DNA of 64,000 bases. It comes from Eledone cirrhosa. Taxonomy: Eukaryota. Positions within the stretch are counted from its first letter, which is position 1. Each line of letters begins with the position of its first letter. A program made the translations under genes and the position numbers. Positions 13,079-27,098 of the stretch are shown one piece after another. The stretch spans positions 124,682,001 through 124,746,000 of the forward strand of contig OZ024741.1 in NCBI GenBank assembly GCA_964016885.1. Reading direction: 5' to 3'. The notes under the pieces were generated by a model. It saw only the letters and a program-made list of their open reading frames with translations. It was not told the DNA's origin and did no database searches.

Positions 13079-13080
<2 letters not shown>
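12661..13080. mobile_element. Inverted PLE pLTR-like element in (TA)n with a hammerhead in each arm
   Basis: Arms 12661-12803 and 12850-12993; flanked by (TA)n on both sides. Confidence 0.85.
12886..12949 (+). ncRNA. Minimal type-I hammerhead (inverted twin at 12705-12768, minus)
   Basis: attttgt CTGAGGA agg..catatt-gtt-aatatg..cct GAAA tatatATA atgaaat. Confidence 0.8.
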
Positions 13081-13119
<39 letters not shown>

Positions 13120-13123
<4 letters not shown>

Positions 13124-13915
13124 ACTTTGATAACTTTGATAGGTTTCGGCCAGTATTGGCCCAGGCCATGTCTAACCTAATAGCACCACCTGGCGAAGTC
13201 TTGCAAATCAGTGTTTGGAAACCATGGCCCACTCGAGCAGAGAGTTATTGTTTACGGAGGCATATCCGGGTGTAGGAGGCTTATCCGGGATTTCTTGAAG
13301 GAATTTATCCAAAGACTTCTTGAACTTGATGGGGTCTGTCTCTGCTTTGATGTGTTTTGGTGCATTGTTAAAGAGTGCAGGGCCAATTGAGGTAAAATAA
13401 TTGTGCCGTATTGTTGTTATGTGATGCGAGTGGGATTTTTGTCTTGGGCGAATAGCACGTGGCCCAAGCCTTGGGTGTACACTAAAGGTGATGCCAACAT
13501 CATTTGGGCTAAGCTGATGGAATATTTTCCACATCATACAGATAATGTAGCGCTCACGGCGACGTTGAAGAGAATAAAGTTTGAGCTTTTCTAATCGACC
13601 CCAATAGTCAAGGGATGTCATGCCAACTATCTTTTTTGTAATTGACCTTTGGGGTGCTTCAACTTTCATGATACTTTCTTTCGTGTGGGGTGACCACAGT
13701 GGACAACAGTATTCAAGGGGTCGGGAAAAAGTGGAGAAGAGAAGGACAACAGTGTGGATATCTCTCGACTGGAAAGTTCTGAGACCCCAGGGGCACATTC
13801 TGCGGGCCATATCAACTTTGCTGTTTATATGAGTGGCCCAGCTTATATTGTTGTCCACAATTACTCCCAGCTCTCTGGTGTTATTGGAAGCCACTAGAGT
13901 TTCACCCGAAGGAAG
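13120..13915 (-). mobile_element. 5'-truncated CR1-clade LINE (RT C-terminus, 3' UTR, short tandem tail)
   Basis: ELGVIVDNNISW, RPLEYCCPLWSPH, RLEKLKLYSLQRRRER motifs; (atcaaagtt)n tail. Confidence 0.85.
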
Positions 13916-14338
13916 ATATTATGGTAGTTATGTAATAGATGTTTGGTGACGTGTGGACAACGTGTGAAAAATTCACCTCTCGTGTTTAGGCAATTACTAT
14001 TGCGTAACCTCTTTAGGATAGTTATTCGTTCGTCAATACATAAGCCTCACGTCGGATTTCCCCTTGCGTATGGCTTGGACTTAGTGATGGCTTTCCATTG
14101 AATGGAGTACCCTATACTTGAGTCCTTGAGGGACCATACTATTACATAACTACAAGGCTCCGGACTGATTCTTTGTAATTTTATTTTTTTATTTTTTATT
14201 TTATTTTCAACCAAAAAACTTTCCGGACTTTCGCAGTTATCTCCCTTACAGCTTCCGCACACAGTCTACTATTGCCTGTGTGAAGTGACAGAGTTTCTGC
14301 GCAAGCGCGTTCGTACGGTTGTCCTTCCTGTTCCTATA

Positions 14339-14396
14339 ACCATATACATCCCGAGCTGAAGATCTGCGAAGGTGAAAAAATTGTTCTCGGTATGGT
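14339..14396 (+). ncRNA. Type-I hammerhead with extended stem I
   Basis: accata..ccgag CTGAAGA tct-gcga-aggt GAAA aaatt GTT ctcgg tatggt; a related copy at 9485-9530 (minus) keeps the palindromic ACAATTGT stem III. Confidence 0.7.
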
Positions 14397-14418
14397 GAAC
14401 TAACTGTTGTGTAACCAC

Positions 14419-14462
<44 letters not shown>

Positions 14463-14684
14463 GTATATGTGTTTATGTGTATTTATGTATATATATATAT
14501 ATATGTGTGTATATATATGTGTGTGCATACTTGTCCCAATAGCTTTATTTAGCTAATGCTCGCACCAACTGGAGGTATATGATTTTTAAAGCGATGAAAT
14601 ACCAATGAAGGTTGGAAAATCACTGATGAAGGACTATTTTATCATATGTAACCCATGTGCAACCACGCAGTATACTTTCTTCGC

Positions 14685-14756
<72 letters not shown>

Positions 14757-15637
14757 TATATATATATATGTGTGTGTGTATATGGGTGTGTATGTATATA
14801 TATATATATGTGTGTGCGTGTGTGTATGTATATATATATATGTGTGTATATGTGTGTGCGTGTGTGTGTGTATGTATGTGTGTATCTGGATGTATGTGTA
14901 TGTATATATATGTGTGTGTGTGTATATATATATATGTATGTGTGTGTATGTGTATATATGTGTGTGTGTGTGTGTATGTGTGTATGTATTTGTATGTGTG
15001 TGTGTATGTATGTGTGTATATGTATACATATATATATATATATATATATATGTATATGTGTATGTATATGTATATGTATGTATGTGTGGATGAAGGTATG
15101 TGTGTATATATAGGTGTAAGTGCACTAAATCCCTTTCTATCACGCTCCACACTCCTACCCACCACAGGAAAATATATGTATGTATATTGCTTCCACCCCC
15201 TCACTGACCAGCAGCTGGCCAGCTGCCCATTGCTAAATCTGACCTTTATAAAATAACCCACACCCCAAATAACTTCTCATTCACTACCAGAAAGGGACAC
15301 AGCAGTCAACTTGTTGTTGCTACCTAGATGAAAACTACTATGAAATCCCACAATGAATTTTATACTTGAATTTTCAAATCTCAAATTTTAACTTTTCGTA
15401 TTATTAATTTTTCTTAATATTAATCAACATTTGAAAAGATGGCTTTTGCAGACCCATCGAAACCTGTCAATTTTTATACCCTTTATTATTTCCTTACCTT
15501 ATAAAATTATATGTTTTTTCACAAAAAAGTATTATGTCTCTTATATATTCCATGTGCCATTACCAACCTCAATTTTCTCTATAACCTTCGTTTTGTGTAG
15601 AAAATTACACTTTTCATATATATATATATATATATAT

Positions 15638-15966
15638 ATACATTATGAAGAGAGAAGAAACATTTAGATATAATTAGTAATAAAATGTATCATACCTAAA
15701 CTGCTTCTAAATTCCTCGACTACGTAGTTTCGTGGCATAAACAAAAACAATATATCATAAAAATATAGAGTCCCTGCGAGGTCTGCCGACTTATCAAGAG
15801 GATCTCTTGATAAGTCGGCAGACCTCGCAGGGACTCTATATCTTTATGATATATTGTTTTTGTTTATGCCACGAAACTACGTAGTCGAGGAATTTAGAAG
15901 CAGTTTAGGTATGATACATTTTATTACTAATTATATCTAAATGTTTCTTCTCTCTTCATAATGTAT
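15638..15966. mobile_element. Near-perfect ~330-bp palindrome next to (TA)n
   Basis: Arms 15638-15800 and 15804-15966, 3-nt centre, about one mismatch. Confidence 0.95.
15803..15890 (+). ncRNA. Hammerhead with U3-A8 core variant and long stem-II insert
   Basis: tctc TTGATAA gt-c-ggca ...tgcc-ac GAAAC tacgta GTC gagg. Confidence 0.65.
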
Positions 15967-16124
15967 TTTTAACTCTGATACTGTTTCAGTCTAGTTCAAC
16001 TGGATTGGTCTGTCCCAGTCATTCATTGAGCAACATCGGTGAAGTTGGCACCCTTAACTCACAGTTGGGTGCGGATGCATTCATGTATATATGTGTGTGT
16101 CCGCATGTATCTGTGTGTTTCTAA

Positions 16125-16221
<97 letters not shown>

Positions 16222-16278
16222 ATGTATATATATGTATGAAAAAGAACACAAGAGCGTCTACAACATCAAAAGATTTTT

Positions 16279-16331
16279 ATTGGCTTACAATGTTTCTTCC
16301 TTACGTAACCGTAGGATTCGTCAGAGCTATA
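16279..16331 (-). ncRNA. Minimal type-I hammerhead (same family as 3681)
   Basis: Minus strand: tagct CTGACGA atcctacg-gtta-cgtaagga a GAAAC att GTA agccaata; downstream sequence is similar to the 3681 copy. Confidence 0.75.
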
Positions 16332-17518
16332 AAAGGGGTTTGATTGGTGTTATGGACTCTAGCAACCAAACATTCAAGAACAAAGAGTAAAGAGCCTAAA
16401 GAGCAAAAGTAGGGGACGATAAGTCTAATTTTGGTGCGGGAGGGTGGGGTGTGGGTCCTTGTTTACTAGCTGCGGTCATATTCATTCCCGAGAGTCGGGT
16501 GGTTAGCTGAACCATAGATGGGGTGGCGTCGATAGTATGGTGCAGAGGGTGCGCAGAGGCTACACAAACACAAAGGGCATACAATATATATATATATATA
16601 GCGGAGGAGAAAGTACATGAGGCAATTAGAAATGGAAAAAGTGTAATAATAATAATCTATAATTAATAGTGTTTAATAAGGCTTGGGGAAGATTACACTA
16701 TAATAAGGTATAAAAGTAAGAATAAGGTAAAATATAAAGGAGGATAAAAGTGGAAATAATAAAGATAAAAAAATATATAGAGAATATATAAAGAAATATA
16801 AGCGAATATTTGGAGGGAAAAACACAATGTAAAAAAACCGATTTTTTCAAATAATAATAAAAATGTAATAATTATGGGGGGAGAAAACGGGATAGAGAAA
16901 TATGATCAAGTGTGATTAGTTGAGAGAATACAAGATGATAATAGTTATGTCAAGTTTATACATCTTAATAATAAATAATCTGTGTATCAGAGTTGCAGAA
17001 CCTTCAATTCACTTACGGGTTCAAGCCACGTAGCGTGGTCCATTGTTTATCTGTGCGGTCATGGGCGTTTGTTTTCGACACCACAGCAGATGCACAAGTT
17101 CGTAAATTCCAATGCAGATAGAAATCAATTTTTGCTCACCCGGACATTGACGGAGGATCCAATATTCCTAGTTCAATATTGTGTGGTGTTATTTTGGTCG
17201 CACAAATCAGTCACTTGGTTCAATATTATGGAGTATGGTTTTCTGGTCTTCGTAACAGTGTCAGTGGTTGTATATCTGGAAATCACAAGGATCACAGTAC
17301 TCCGGTTTGGTGTGATTATCGGTCATCCAGCTATGTTGTTGGTGGTTGGATTCAATTCTATTCGCCCGAACGTTGAACTTTGGTGTCGATAGGACATTAA
17401 CGAGGCGGGGTGAGATCGCATGTGTGTTACAAAACGGTACGCAAGGAAATTCTTCGTCTTCGTTTCATCCGGGTCCAGCAGTCACGTGCAAGAACCGCTA
17501 CGTATTAATTGTGGGGTT

Positions 17519-17840
17519 AATCGGTCAAGTCAGCAACTGACCGAAAATTCAGACAGGCATGACAGGCACATTTAGGTCGGCAGCTTCTTTATGTGTACGT
17601 GTGTCCGACACACACACAGACACATATTTATATGTATTTCAACTAAAAAAACTCAATTGATTAACCCATTGGTACTACAATCGGTCAAGACAGCAAGTGG
17701 CCGACATTTCTCTTAGGAATTCAGACAGGCATGACAGGTATATTTAGGTCAGCAGTTTCTTTATGTGTACGTGTGTCCGATACACACAGACACATATCCA
17801 TATGTATTTCAACTCAAAAAATTCAGTTGATTCCCCTATT
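17519..17840 (+). repeat. ~160-180 bp tandem duplication
   Basis: tcggtcaag...ttcagacaggcatgacagg...tttcaact occurs twice. Confidence 0.75.
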
Positions 17841-18599
17841 AATATTATATCTGTGTCGCTCGGATGTGCATGCTGTGGTGTTCTGGTCGTGCATAGCATT
17901 CACTATGTTTTGCCATTACCTTGGAATGTGATGTTATGGTCATCAATAGTCCGGCAAGCGCATTTCGCTCTTATATTGCGGAGAATGGTGTTCTGGTCCT
18001 CAGTAAACATTTGGGTCAGTAGGAGGCGTGGTGGTTCTCAGTTTCAACTTCGACAATACATATGTGTTACTCTGCATATCATGCTCCTCTCAGAGAAGAG
18101 TATTATAGGAGGAATTCGTGCCACACACCACATATAGAGAGAATTTCTACAGAAAAGTATACATACATATACACATACACACACACATCATACACTTACA
18201 CATACACATACGCACTCATACGCATACATACATATATTCACATACATGTCACATATACACATACACACAATATAATACGCGTGCATACAATATACATATA
18301 TATATACATACAATATACTTGCATACAATGCACGCACACATGCGTGCATGCATGCACACACGCACGCACACCCACACATATGTCTGCGTGTGTGTGCGTG
18401 TGAGAGAGAAAAGGAGAATACACACACACACACACACACGCAAAAACACCAACCTTGTAGGGGACTGTACCACCCTTAGGGTACCTATCTATCTGGGTTA
18501 CGGGTTGGGGGAAAGGGGGGAAGCTATAGTCTAGGTGGGGGTTGCGTGATATAAGTTACGTCTATGTGATAGGTTTAAAATAGAAGAAGGAACTCAGGA

Positions 18600-19580
18600 T
18601 TTTGTGTTGGCAAGAGGAGAAAATTTCCGATTTCCTGTTAAGCAGGTTCAGTTTAGAGTGTATTATGGCATTCCAGTAAACACAGGTCACAACTTCCGCT
18701 CTGCGGTCAGTATGGCGTGGATCTAGTAAGCTTCCTCCAAAAAAGTTTGTATGGGGTACTATTATTTTTTAAAAAGGAGATGTATCCCGCCAGTGAGGTG
18801 GTATTCTTATGTCTATCGTGTCTAAATGTGTACATATGCGCGTTAAATCTAGTTTTAAATGTATTGGACGTTGCTCCTATATATGTTTTGGTAGAGTTGT
18901 GTGTGGTTACGTCACATGCATATACTATGTTTTTCATGAGGCAATCCCCTCTTAGGGGACAGTTACTACTACGCCTACAATTGCAACTGCGGGTTCGATT
19001 AGTTAACTTACCTCCCGAAGTTTGGTTACTATCATTATCACTAGGTGCCTCTATATCATTAGATGGCTCATTGATGCTATTATGTTGCCCATTTTCCAGT
19101 GTAGTCGGTTGCTGGTGGTTGACTGCCATTTTAATTGCTTCGAAGCCTTCCCTAGTTTTCCTAATGTTCGTGCGTGCTAGGTGTGATGCGAGGTTAGGTG
19201 TGGTCGAATAGGATAATTTAATTACGTTTTTGTTAATTATGTTGCGATATCTATTGCCTGGTGGGAAGTTTTTTTCCAATAATGAGAAGAATACTCTGGG
19301 AGGTTAGTAAGGACCTCAGAGTTAAAAGGTGGGTTAAAATACATGTTTTTCCTTCTTCTATTTTTCTTATCTGTGGGGTGAGTCTCGCTACTGTGCGTAC
19401 TATTTTGTAGGGTTCCGTTATTAACGTTAGTGGCGTTGTCTGTTTTGCTTAAGCCCGGATGGTTTATATTCATGGCGTGATCATTTAATGTTTTAGAGTT
19501 GTGGTGAGGGACTCTAGTATTGTCTTTACGTGGTTGACATTTAGCTGGGTTACCGCCATTAGGGTTCTTACTATTATTCT

Positions 19581-19582
<2 letters not shown>
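18600..19582 (-). pseudogene. 5'-truncated Penelope-like element (Neptune-type): linker, Cys motif, GIY-YIG endonuclease
   Basis: YFNPPFNSEVLTN, KLSYST, CNC..CPLRGDC, IVY..YIGAT..FKTRFNAH; a CDLCLLE motif follows a stop; frameshifted; 5' junction in (TA)n. Confidence 0.88.
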
Positions 19583-19628
<46 letters not shown>

Positions 19629-20162
19629 ACATACACAAATATATATATATATATTTGTGTATATGTTTTTATCTATTTTGTATATGTGTATATATGTGTA
19701 TTTATGTAGATGTGTTTGTATATGTTCGTATATGTGTATATTTATATGTATATATGTGTGTGTGTATATGTGTATATATATACATATATATATATATATA
19801 TGTATGTATATATATATATATATGTGTGTGTGCGTGTGTGTGTGTGTGGGTGTGTGTGTGTATGTGAATGTGTCTGTTAACACCTGGAATTTAGCTTTAG
19901 TGAAACAAGAGAATAATGATATGATAGGCTTCCAATATTTTGAACGGATTTATAGAATTCTCTTGGCCTGTGTCACTCTATGTAGAGCTTTACAGAATTA
20001 GCTTTTAAAAAATTTCCCTTTTCTTTAAATCCATCAACCATGACCGACCCCCAACCATGTTATAGACACATGAAATATAGGCATTGTTAGCCTAAGAGAA
20101 ACTGAAAAATAAGGAGTGGCTCCCCAATCTGAACTTGTTTATAGAATTAATTCTGCCTTTGT

Positions 20163-20367
20163 CACTCTAAATATAAATTATAGCCTTAAAGAATTAGCTT
20201 TTAATGAATTCCCTTTTCTTTCAACTAATGACCTCCACCCATCCCATTCCCCACCCTCTCCTACCACATGAAAAGATATAAATACCACAACATTTATTTT
20301 GGAAAGCCAGATTCCTGATGATTTCTAAAGAATGAAACAGTTCTAGTCCTGTAGAATCTCATCTATA

Positions 20368-20372
<5 letters not shown>
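20163..20372 (+). mobile_element. Second copy of the 12287-12478 unit, with hammerhead at 20309-20359
   Basis: Reverse complement of 12287-12478; agattc CTGATGA tttc-taaa-gaat GAAACAG..CTGTA gaatct with perfect 6-bp stem I. Confidence 0.8.
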
Positions 20373-20397
<25 letters not shown>

Positions 20398-20401
<4 letters not shown>

Positions 20402-20655
20402 TAAAAACAATGAATAAAAACAAAGAAACAGTTCATTATATTAAAAAATTCATCATTTTACGATCGTTTCTAGGATATATATGTGTGTTTGATGTATATC
20501 ATATAGATCTATGTAAACATTTTACAAAGTATCAGAGGAAATATACATACCGACACATATATATGCATTCTTGTGAAGACAGAAACGATCGTAAAATGAT
20601 GAATTTTTTAATATAAGGAACTGTTTCTTGGTTTTTATTCATTGTTTTTATTAAT
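20398..20655. repeat. Foldback with hammerhead-like GAAAC-GATC-GTA remnant
   Basis: Arms 20398-20471 and 20581-20654 are inverted. Confidence 0.75.
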
Positions 20656-20787
20656 TTATCTTGACCCTGTTTTCGTGGGATTTTCATCGAAAACATTTTT
20701 GAATACATCTTCTCTTTTCATGATATTTGGATTACATTGAGTTCTTCATACGGATTGAACACTATCGTATATTTTGGTAGATGTATC

Positions 20788-20846
<59 letters not shown>

Positions 20847-21199
20847 GAGGGGCTCATTCTACTGACATGGCTTTAGGAATGAGGATGTTTGCATAATTAC
20901 AAACGAATAAAATATTATTAGTAATATTCGAAAAACTCAGATTACATATATATATATATATACATACATATTGGCCCTGTACTAATGATTGTGTTGTGAA
21001 GGTGCCTTCTTTTTTCCGTTCATTGCCAGGGAACGTCATCACGAAACAAATATCGTCTTCCTGTTTTCTTTCGGTTGCAACGTTTTACGAAATATTTACT
21101 TCTGCGTCCACAGATTGATTTTTTTTTTTATTTCAGAAGATCCCGTTAAGGGTGAAAGCAGCGATTCTTTGCTTAAACTTTAATCTATTATTTTAATAA

Positions 21200-21271
<72 letters not shown>

Positions 21272-22479
21272 ATGTGTGTGTGTGTGTGTGTGTATCTGTT
21301 TATTGTGTGTGTATGTGTGTTCGTCGTTTGATCAATGATACAACTTCTTCATGTCAAATTCACATGCATGTGACTGATCATTGTACATATACATAACGTA
21401 ATTCTCAGGAAAATGCACGCTGACACAGTGTTTGACAAAACTGTCCCTTTGAATTACCGGTACAACTCATTTTTATGAGCTGAAATAAGCTATCTAGCTC
21501 AAGGAAGAAACGTGCCACCAGGAATCAAACTCAGGACCTAAAGATTGGGAGCCCAACAACACAACCGTGTCTTCACATAATCACTAAACAAACCTAAACA
21601 GATGCAGATATGCATATTTTCGATGTCTTTCTTCTCATATTTTATTCTCACGTATAGTATCATTGTTACATATATGAATGGCAAGATCCAACAGCGATAA
21701 TATTTGACATCATAGTGTAGTAATGAGACATGTTAAATTATTGTAATGTATTTTGCCGTAAGCCATACCAATTAAGCCATCCGCCGGGTATAAGATCGAT
21801 TTTGCCACAGCCTTTGTATAATCGCAATTACGGTTAATGATTTACATATGTTAGTACTATTACCATTATTTGTCGATTAACCGCATGACTTGTCAACAGG
21901 TTTCTGATGAATTCAATTTGCTAATTAAGGAGAGCAAATTGTAATATCTAATATCGAATAGTAATAAGTCGATATGTATTAATGTGGGCATCTGGATAGT
22001 TTAACAGGATAGCACGGGAAGTTGAATAATTGTCTTCACACAGTACATAATCACACCGTATTTATATATATGACTGAGATTAGGAATATTTCCCCCTCAC
22101 TTCCCCCTCTGTTCTCTCTCTCTCTCTTTCTCTCTCTATCTATCTCTCCCTCTCTCTGGTAATAGACAATTATAATCTGAATAATGTATCTTTCTATTTC
22201 GCATCACATTTGTGCTTAACTTTCAGTTTATATTCTCTAACACAGCAATTCGACAACAAGTAATCAATAAAATAAGTACCAACCTTGGAACAATAAGTAC
22301 TGGGGTCGATGTGATCAATTAAAATACCATTCGAGTAGTCATGCTGCATGACCGTAGTCTACTGACTGATATTGGTAAAACGAGAAAACAAATCAAGCTA
22401 AGAAGAAAAAAAAGGATTTGTTCATTAGAAACATACGCATTCTTAACTACTAAGCCAGAGATGTTCTCGTATATGTATG

Positions 22480-22925
<446 letters not shown>

Positions 22926-23040
22926 ATATATATATATATATATATATACGAGGATCGCAATAAAGAGTATTCCGCAGTTCACAGTAATAATAATAATATT
23001 AGCTCAAAGAAGAATAGAGAATTTTCTTCTGAGCTCAAAC

Positions 23041-23307
23041 ACAAATATATTACACAAAGAGAAGTGTGTTACACAGTGAGATGTGTGTAAAGAATTATTA
23101 CAAGTGAGTTTTACTGTTACTGTATAGAGAACAATATCTACAGGTTTAGCAATTAAATAGAAAAAATTTGATCCTGACTTAGTTTTTTTCTATTTAATTG
23201 CTAAACCTGTAGATATTGTTCTCTATACAGTAACGATAAAACTCACTTGTAATAATTCTTTACACACATCTCACTGTGTAACACACATCTCTTTGTGTAA
23301 TATATTC

Positions 23308-23309
<2 letters not shown>
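23041..23309. repeat. Foldback with ~125-bp arms
   Basis: acaaatatattacac...aaatagaaaaaa / tttttctattt...gtaatatattcgt. Confidence 0.9.
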
Positions 23310-23340
<31 letters not shown>

Positions 23341-23341
<1 letters not shown>

Positions 23342-23538
23342 CGAAGTAAGTGTGGTAAAGAGCCAGGTGAACCATAGTGCACAAGAGTACTCAATACTTA
23401 GGGTAGTAGAGTGGGTAATAGGAAATTGTTCAAGACCCCAACGACAGAACTCATGCCGTTTCGACGGCTATTTCTGAACCAGAAATAGCCATCGGAATGG
23501 CTTGAGCTCTGCCGTCGGGGTCTTGAACAATTTCCTAC
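23341..23538 (-). mobile_element. PLE-like terminal fragment ending in a hairpin inversion
   Basis: Hairpin 23419-23537; family shared with 1411-1530 and 3403-3550. Confidence 0.65.
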
Positions 23539-23546
23539 ATATACAT

Positions 23547-23585
<39 letters not shown>

Positions 23586-23599
23586 AGAGAGAGAGAGAG

Positions 23600-25155
23600 T
23601 TTGTGAGAGAATAAAGTGGGAAGCGTTGGTGGATGAGGAAATCAGGACCAGGTGTGCAGATAATATTGTATCCAAATTTCCAAATTTGGACAATTCCCTG
23701 AGCAAACTGAGAACATAGTGGAGATTGTTCAGCTCAGCAATTTCTGCTTCAGCTGCTAAATACTGCAGGTGAAATAGGCTTCATGTGGCGCCGGATGGCA
23801 GGAAGACCCCTTGGTTGAAACAAGAGATCAAAGATGCCATCCAAGCAAAGAAGGAAACCTACAAAGCTTGGTCCGGAAATAAATCATCCTTTTTGCACCT
23901 ACTCTACAAGCAGGCGCGCCGAATTGCAGCAGAGACAATAAAGGGGTCCAAAGTTAAGACATGGAAGGACTTTAGGGTTAAGTTGAAATCCGACTTCAGA
24001 TCAGAAAATATCCTCCGACTTCGTAATATGGCGCCCTTTTCCACACCTGCTATCAGCAACGTTTATGGGGTTTTCTCTTTAGATAGGTACATTCTCCCGA
24101 TGTGGAGAAAATACTTTGCTGATCTCTTAAACCCGATCACGAGGGGTATATGGGAACCGTGACTACTCTCTTGGAGGCTGAGGTGACAAGAGCAGTTAAA
24201 GAGCTCAAAGGTGGCAAGGCCGCTGGGGAAGAGGAAATCCGTACATGTTAAAAACCTTAAATAGAGAATATATCCTCTGGCTGACTCGTGTGTGCCGGGT
24301 GTACTGTACTTAAGCAGTGGCAATTGGGGGTGATAATTCCAATTTTCAAAAAGGGAGACAGGAAAGATTGTTCCAATTACGGAGGGATCTCCTTGTTTAG
24401 CCTCTCTTGTAAAGTCTATGTTAAGTGTTTGGCAAATATCGCAGTGAGGTTGTCGAGTCCAAGCTAGCTGATGAACTGCATGTTTTCCGCCCATGATGCA
24501 CTCGACCTCTCAAGGAAGCCTGCGCAATTCACTCTGCATGTAAATGGAGTTCCTTTGAACACCAACATATTTCAAATATCACGGGGCCGTGTTCACGAGT
24601 GATGGAGGTTATGAGACTGAATTAACTGCAAGAATTGCATGTGCTGGAGAGGTAATGCAGCATCTTCAGCATTCAGTAATCAGATGAGGGGATGTAGGGG
24701 TAAAAGCAAAACTCGTTATCTTCAATTCGGTATAATTGCCAACCTTCCCTATGGTCAGGAATCTTGTGTAAGGATCGAAAGAATGCGAGCAAATATGTAA
24801 GCGATCGAAAGGTCTTTGGAGTAACGTTACTCTACAGTGATCGTCGCTCAGAGATCAATGAGTCCCGTCAAATAGAGCCGCTATTTCTCTGAATTGAGAG
24901 ATCACCGCTCTGATACTACGGAAATGGTGTTAGAATGTATCAGAAAAGAATCACTGGACGTATTTTATAGGGAAAACCAACCGGCAGGATACCCAGGAGT
25001 AGAGCCCGATCAATATGGTTGGATAATATCCACGAGCAAGACTGATCGCGCTTGAGGATCCAGTCGCATATATTAGTGACGGTTGCTTCTGAAAGGACCC
25101 TCTGGAAGGAGTATTTGAGGAGTCTGCCCCATGACCCCCATGAAGAAGAAGAAGA
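23600..25155 (+). pseudogene. Degenerate RTE-clade LINE with (GAA)n tail
   Basis: TPWLKQEIKDAI, WRKYFADLLNP, PIFKKGDRKDCSNYGGISL, FKYHG motifs; many stops and frameshifts. Confidence 0.85.
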
Positions 25156-25216
25156 GATTGAGAGAGAGGGTGAAAGTGTGTGAGAGAGAGAGTGTGCGTG
25201 TGTGTGTGTGTGTGTC

Positions 25217-25247
<31 letters not shown>

Positions 25248-25257
25248 GTGTGTATGC

Positions 25258-25363
<106 letters not shown>

Positions 25364-26400
25364 GTGTGTATGTGTGTGTGTTTGTGTTGGTGTTTTTGTG
25401 TGTGAAATAAATATTATAAATGCAGGCGTGAGTGAGAGTGGAGTATAGATTATGGTGAAAAAGAGCGAAGAAGGGAATGTTATGTACTTTGTCATAGAGA
25501 AAAGATAGGGATAGAGAGAGGAGCAGAGACCAAGACGTTCCAAATTTAAATATTAACCACTTAAATCTTTTCAGCAGATATATAAAGTAAAACACTTACA
25601 GATAAACATCCGTCGCTTTCGACGATGCGTATTATAATTGTTTGGTCATGAAATTAACGTGTGACTGAACATTCTACAGATTTGTGATCCCTAAACGTAG
25701 ATGTCAGGGTTATTCAGCATGACACACTGTGTAACATGACTGACCCTTTGAGTTACAAATACTCTCTATCCAAATTTTTCTTATGGCTCGGGTCAACCCA
25801 AGGAACCTGGACCATAATGATAGTGGAGTAAACTACTTAACTGTTCGGCTATGTTGTGGCCACATATTATAGTATATTGAATGAAAAATAATTATTTGCT
25901 CTTCATATATGAACAAACAAATTCAATATGTTAACTATGTTGAAAACAACGTTATTCACGTGAACTATGTGACATCATTCGAAAACATATTTATTGATTC
26001 ATACTCGATATCCATATTATTAAGACATACTTATTAGATATCCATATGGTGGGTGTGTTATCATGTAGAATACTTTTATGAAAACTATTAACGTCATATA
26101 CTTTAATGCATTATGCTATTATTATATTTTTATCCTAAATATCGAGTAAAAGACGAAAATGAGGAATTTAATGATATTCACCCAACTAAGTTTTATTCAA
26201 GTGAAGATAATTGTAAGTCAAATTTGAATGATGCATATGGAGATTTTTCTGTGGTTCATGTTAAGAAAAATATCTTGAATCAAAAGAATTATATATCCAG
26301 TTCTATTCAGTAGGAATTCAAATAAATTTCGTTTGCGAAAAAAAACGAAAGGAATGAATAATGAAATTCAGTAATTGAATACCGCATACCAGAGTACTAG

Positions 26401-26498
<98 letters not shown>

Positions 26499-26773
26499 AG
26501 TATCTATCTATCTCTATCTCTATCTCTCCCTCTTTCTCCCTCTCTCTCTCTTTATATATATATATATATATATATAAAATAGGTGTATATATTTATATAA
26601 ATATACATATATACATATATAATACTCTAATACTCTAATACGTGTTCCAGCCGACAGGCTGAGTCAATATGGATACATTTTATACACACATTCACACACG
26701 TGCATACATGCGTCACATACACACACATGCACACGATACACATACATTCACACAAATCCACATATCCACACCC

Positions 26774-26848
<75 letters not shown>

Positions 26849-26915
26849 TATATAAATATATATATATATACATATATACATACATATATATATATATACA
26901 TATATATATACATAT

Positions 26916-26973
<58 letters not shown>

Positions 26974-27030
26974 ATATATATATATATATATACCTATATA
27001 TATATATACCTATATATATATATATATACC

Positions 27031-27098
<68 letters not shown>

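Noticed and set aside
16990-17510. Possible degenerate PLE GIY-YIG C-terminus on minus (..TLRGLNP*)
   Set aside because: Only a short GLN motif; too many stops to support a call
21125-21175. Hammerhead-like cagaaga-tccc..ggg-tgaaag
   Set aside because: Core is mutated and stems I and III are not convincing
23160-23215. Possible hammerhead remnant at the centre of the 23041-23309 foldback
   Set aside because: Both conserved core segments are incomplete
26113-26313. 66-aa ORF as a possible terminal exon
   Set aside because: No recognisable domain or clear splice acceptor
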